A stretch of DNA of 32,000 bases from Acaryochloris marina MBIC11017 (lineage in GTDB: Bacteria; Cyanobacteriota; Cyanobacteriia; Thermosynechococcales; Thermosynechococcaceae), in the NCBI RefSeq assembly GCF_000018105.1, contig NC_009928.1, forward strand, positions 120,001 to 152,000, read 5' to 3'. The notes below the pieces were generated by a model, which worked only from the letters and a program-made list of their open reading frames with translations, did no database searches and had not been told where the DNA came from. Positions within the stretch are counted from its first letter, which is position 1, and every line of letters starts with the position of its first letter. The position numbers and the translations under genes were made by a program. This document shows positions 29,118 through 32,000 of the stretch, piece by piece.

Positions 29118-29383
29118 AGACTTAAATTAACCTCCTAAATGGTATAAGTCTGATTCCAATAAAAAACGATTTAACACGCTGTTCAACCATGCTTAAATCA
29201 TGGCTAAATTAAAAAGCTGTGAAAATAACAACTTGAGAAGGTAACAAGGGAAATTATCCAACTCTGCGGTAGTCACTTTGCATATTTCAATGCAAAAATT
29301 CATGGAAATTTATAATTTTTACAATCCTCGCCTTCAATTAATCTGGAGAAGAGAAAATCCTGGTGAGATAATTTCACGTTAAC

Positions 29384-30031
29384 TTAAAGCTTCAGGGCAT
29401 AACCTACACCATGAACTGTATGGATCAGCTTGGGGCGTTCACAGCTATCCCCAAGTTTGCGACGCAGGTGAGAAATGTGAACATCAATAACCTGAGTGTC
29501 GATGTTGGTTTCCCGGCTATATCCCCATACTTTGTCCAAAAACTCTGACCGGGCAATGGGTACCCCAGGATGTGTAGCTAATAGTTCCAACGCACAAAAT
29601 TCCATATGTGTTGAAGAAATACGGCTATGACCCTAAAATACTTGCCTTTTGTTGGTGTCTACGGTTATTGAGCCAAACTTAATGACACCTTATACTTTGA
29701 TAATGAAGCGGTTTTGAAGTCTCCCGTCTACGAAGGATAGTTCGTACACGTGATTCCAACTCTTTCAATGAAAAGGGTTTTACCACATAGTCATCGGCAC
29801 CCATCTCTAAGCCAGTGATTCGGTCTACTACATCCGATAGAGCAGTTAACATAATAATTGGCACTCTTGATGCCTTTCGAACTATTTGGCAAAAACCATA
29901 ACCATCCAACTTAGGCATCATCACATCTAAGATAATCAAGCCAGGATGTTGATCATAGAAGATGCCAAGTGCTTCATGTCCATCAGAAGCAGTGAATACT
30001 TTATATCCAATCTTGGATAAACGTATATTTA
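29384..30031 (-). pseudogene. RpaB/Ycf27-like OmpR-family response regulator, decayed
   Basis: - The receiver part LIILDVMMPKLDGYGFCQIVRKASRVPIIMLTALSDVVDRITGLEMGADDYVVKPFS is very RpaB-like.
- The 5' end is cut by the IS5 insertion at 30029-30031.
- There is a frame change in the linker (about 29670-29700).
- There is an in-frame TAG at 29633-29635 (…VDTNKRQVF*GHSRISSTHMEFCALELL). Confidence 0.8.
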
Positions 30032-30920
30032 GAGGCTGTTTGAAAAGTTTTAGTAGTCCTCCGCTAGCCTTCGAACCATCAGTCGAATCATTGCCGCATA
30101 CACAAGCGCTTCAGCTGTCTTGGTCAAGACCTCATAATCTTTATTGAGACGTCGAGACCACAACAACCATCCAAACGTCCGCTCTACAATCCATCGTTTG
30201 GGAACCATCTGGAACCCTGCTAGATTATCTGAGCGTTTGATCACTTCTAAGACATATTGAAAACGGTCCATCACCCACGTCATAAAGGCTTGTCCTTGAT
30301 AGCCCGCATTGGCCCATATCCGAACACAAACTTGCACCTTGGCGTCGGGCTTTCCAAAACAGTATTTTGGCCCCTCGTTGGTCAGAGATATTGGCAGCGG
30401 TGATAATCACCATCAGGAGCAGCCCTAAAGTATCGACGAGCACATGACGCTTACGGCCCTTGACAATTTTTCCACCATCAAACCCAATCGAGTGACACCG
30501 AGGATTGCCGACTTTAACCGATTGAGTATCGCAGATGGCGGCACTGGGACTCGGATGACGCTCTTCACTCACCCGCACTTGCATGCGTAGATGGTCATTG
30601 ATGTGGACCCAAGTGCCATCATCGCGCCACCTTCGAAAATAGCTATAGACCGTTGACCAACAGGAAAAATCATGGGGTAGCTGTCTCCACTGACACCCCG
30701 TAACCAAGAGATAAAAGATGGCATTAAGCACACTGAGCATATCAGTCGTGCGAGGTCTACCTCCAGGTTTAGCAGCAAGAATCAAGGCTTAAGTAATTCC
30801 CATTGCAGGGTGGTGAGGTCGCTATCAAAAACTGTCGGCATTGCTCTCAAGGTCCTGTCCAATGTTTGTGTATTGACAGATTTGTCCCTTGAGAGCTTTA
30901 CTCACTTCTCAAACAGCCTC
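30032..30920 (-). mobile_element. IS5-family insertion sequence (B), 889 bp, TTA target duplication
   Basis: Inverted repeats GAGGCTGTTTGAAAAGT (30032-30048) and its complement at 30904-30920 (16 of 17). Direct TTA at 30029-30031 and 30921-30923. Confidence 0.8.
30050..30841 (-). pseudogene. IS5-family transposase with two frame disruptions
   Basis: The ATG at 30841 gives MPTVFDSDLTTLQWELLKP*, and a 1-nt loss shifts to LILAAKPGGRPR... (ORF 30225-30785). The second ORF (30050-30337, ...PKRWIVERTFGWLLWSRRLNKDYE) is in the +1 frame, not the -1 frame expected for programmed frameshifting. Confidence 0.75.
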
Positions 30921-31044
30921 TTAGCTCGACTTTATCCAATCAAGCAGCATAGCAGAGAAGCTCAGACCAGGTGTTGAATAAATTCCTAGGGACTTTGAAC
31001 ACATCCTTGTCTGTAATTGACGTGTGAAAAGTCTGAAGCTGCCA

Positions 31045-32000
31045 TCAGTGCCGCCTAACTTGTGCGAGTGCATCTGCAAATGATGGATTTAGTTTTCGGT
31101 ACCAAGCTGTCATGGGACAAGCGACTGGATGTGTTGACTGCAATTGATGGGCTAAGGCGGTCACAATGGAGAAGAGTGCTAGAAGTGCAGGCGTGGTGCG
31201 AAGAATCGCCTGGTCTGACCATTGTCTCTGGGTTTCGACACCGAGATGGGCACGGACTTCTTCAAAAGTGACTTCAACCTGCCAACCTTGTCGAAACCAT
31301 TGCATCATCTTGATAGAGCTAATCTCTAGGTCTGTACAAAGCAGTGCTTGTGGCTTGCATCGACCTTGAGGATCGCGGATCAAGACCCAGCGAATGGGAA
31401 TCGGTGGCATACCGGTTTTGTACCATACGGCAGTACTAGAAGTAATGTGTAAAGTTTAGTTGGCCTTGCCATACCAATCTTGAAGCACAATCGTTTTCCA
31501 GGGCGTATTTGCGTTCTCTACTGTTGCTTTGAGTGTAGGCAGGCGCTGTCCAATGATACGAGGACGGCCCATTTGTTTTGGCTTTCGAGGGGGCGCAGGT
31601 TGCCATAATTCCGCATCCAAACGCAACCGAGTAACCACATGAACTGGCTGCGACATTTGAGCGAGAGAGGATAAGAATTCAAACGTGGCAAAGCTACTAT
31701 CGGCAACCACATATATGGCTCGGTGAGGCAACCATCGTCGAACCTGCCGCAGCATTTGCCGTCCCCAATCGGTCAGTCGTTTATGACGATGGCGATGGAT
31801 GTGGTTGTAGCGTTTTGAGGGGGCCAGAACGGTTAGAAAGGGTAAAGCCCAAGTTCGTTTGGCCCAAGGGATGGGTACCAAGAGCATCAAGCTCAACCAG
31901 CGCAAGCCACTGGCTTTGACTAGGTGTGAATGACTGGAGCGAACTGGATCACGATAAATTCCACGAGCGGCAATTCGTTTGCCCCAGCGACGCTCTATCG
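31045..32000 (-). pseudogene. IS4/IS701-like DDE transposase, partial (runs off the window), with an in-frame TAA
   Basis: The frame is open from the window edge (…IERRWGKRIAARGIYRDPV…LRWLSLMLL…) to 31045, apart from a TAA at 31456-31458 (…DWYGKAN*TLHITSSTAVWYKTGMPPIPIRWVLIRDP). ORFs 31456-31905 and 31045-31410 are in the same frame. Confidence 0.7.

Noticed and set aside
29309-29325. HLR1-like (RpaB-box) direct repeat TTTATAAT-T-TTTACAAT about 190 nt upstream of cpcB
   Set aside because: The spacer between the two 8-mers is 1 nt rather than the 2 nt of the HLR1 consensus as I remember it. One half has a mismatch at the conserved C. The region is generally AT-rich, so such matches are easy to get by chance. 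It is worth a motif scan but is not claimed.
26726-30920. Two IS5-family copies flanking cpcBA as a composite transposon
   Set aside because: The two elements have unrelated terminal repeats (GAGCTAATTTATAAA versus GAGGCTGTTTGAAAAG). Each has its own intact 3-bp target duplication (TAA and TTA), indicating independent simple insertions. Both transposase genes are frameshifted.
4521-31458. Stop-codon reassignment or programmed readthrough as the explanation for the in-frame stops
   Set aside because: All three stop codons occur as interruptions. The same codons terminate conserved genes (putA, cpcA, cpcB, pcyA, sbtA) at the expected lengths. Several affected genes also carry frameshifts. Ordinary pseudogenisation is the simpler explanation.

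Overview
The window looks like cyanobacterial accessory DNA (plasmid- or island-like; Acaryochloris-like is only a guess). About a third of it is insertion-sequence debris.

Recognisable cargo:
- an sbtA/sbtB-type bicarbonate-transporter pair (290-1568)
- a translationally coupled three-ORF HNH-nuclease operon (1563-2487)
- a DUF1326/DUF2182 pair, divergent from a Tat-signal alkaline-phosphatase-superfamily protein and a polytopic membrane protein (9694-13909)
- an Rpn-type nuclease (16909-17754)
- bifunctional PutA (18351-21356)
- an AT-rich cluster encoding a small membrane protein, a Coq4-like HDxxH-x11-E protein and an orphan PatA-type response regulator (21873-24125)
- an IS-fragmented phycocyanin islet: AT-rich pcyA, cpcB-cpcA and a decayed RpaB-like regulator (25989-30031)

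Mobile DNA:
- three IS630-family copies plus one IS630 fragment with a nested insertion
- one IS1182-family copy, two different IS5-family copies and one IS4/IS701-like copy running off the window end
- a 123-126 bp MITE-like element in two copies
- Only the 948-bp ISY100-like IS630 copy looks functional, through a -1 frameshift on an A8 run. The others carry homopolymer frameshifts or single in-frame stop codons.

No known defence system, CRISPR array, tRNA or rRNA was recognised.

The items most worth follow-up are:
- a dispersed noncoding repeat family (GGTAATATAGAATC ... GAATTAATAGGTGCGATATCG) that always faces the 3' end of a minus-strand gene
- the two-hairpin MITE
- the Coq4-like/PatA-like AT-rich cluster
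- the coupled HNH operon
- the unusually frequent single in-frame nonsense codons

All family assignments rest on motif recognition by eye and from memory. No database search was possible.
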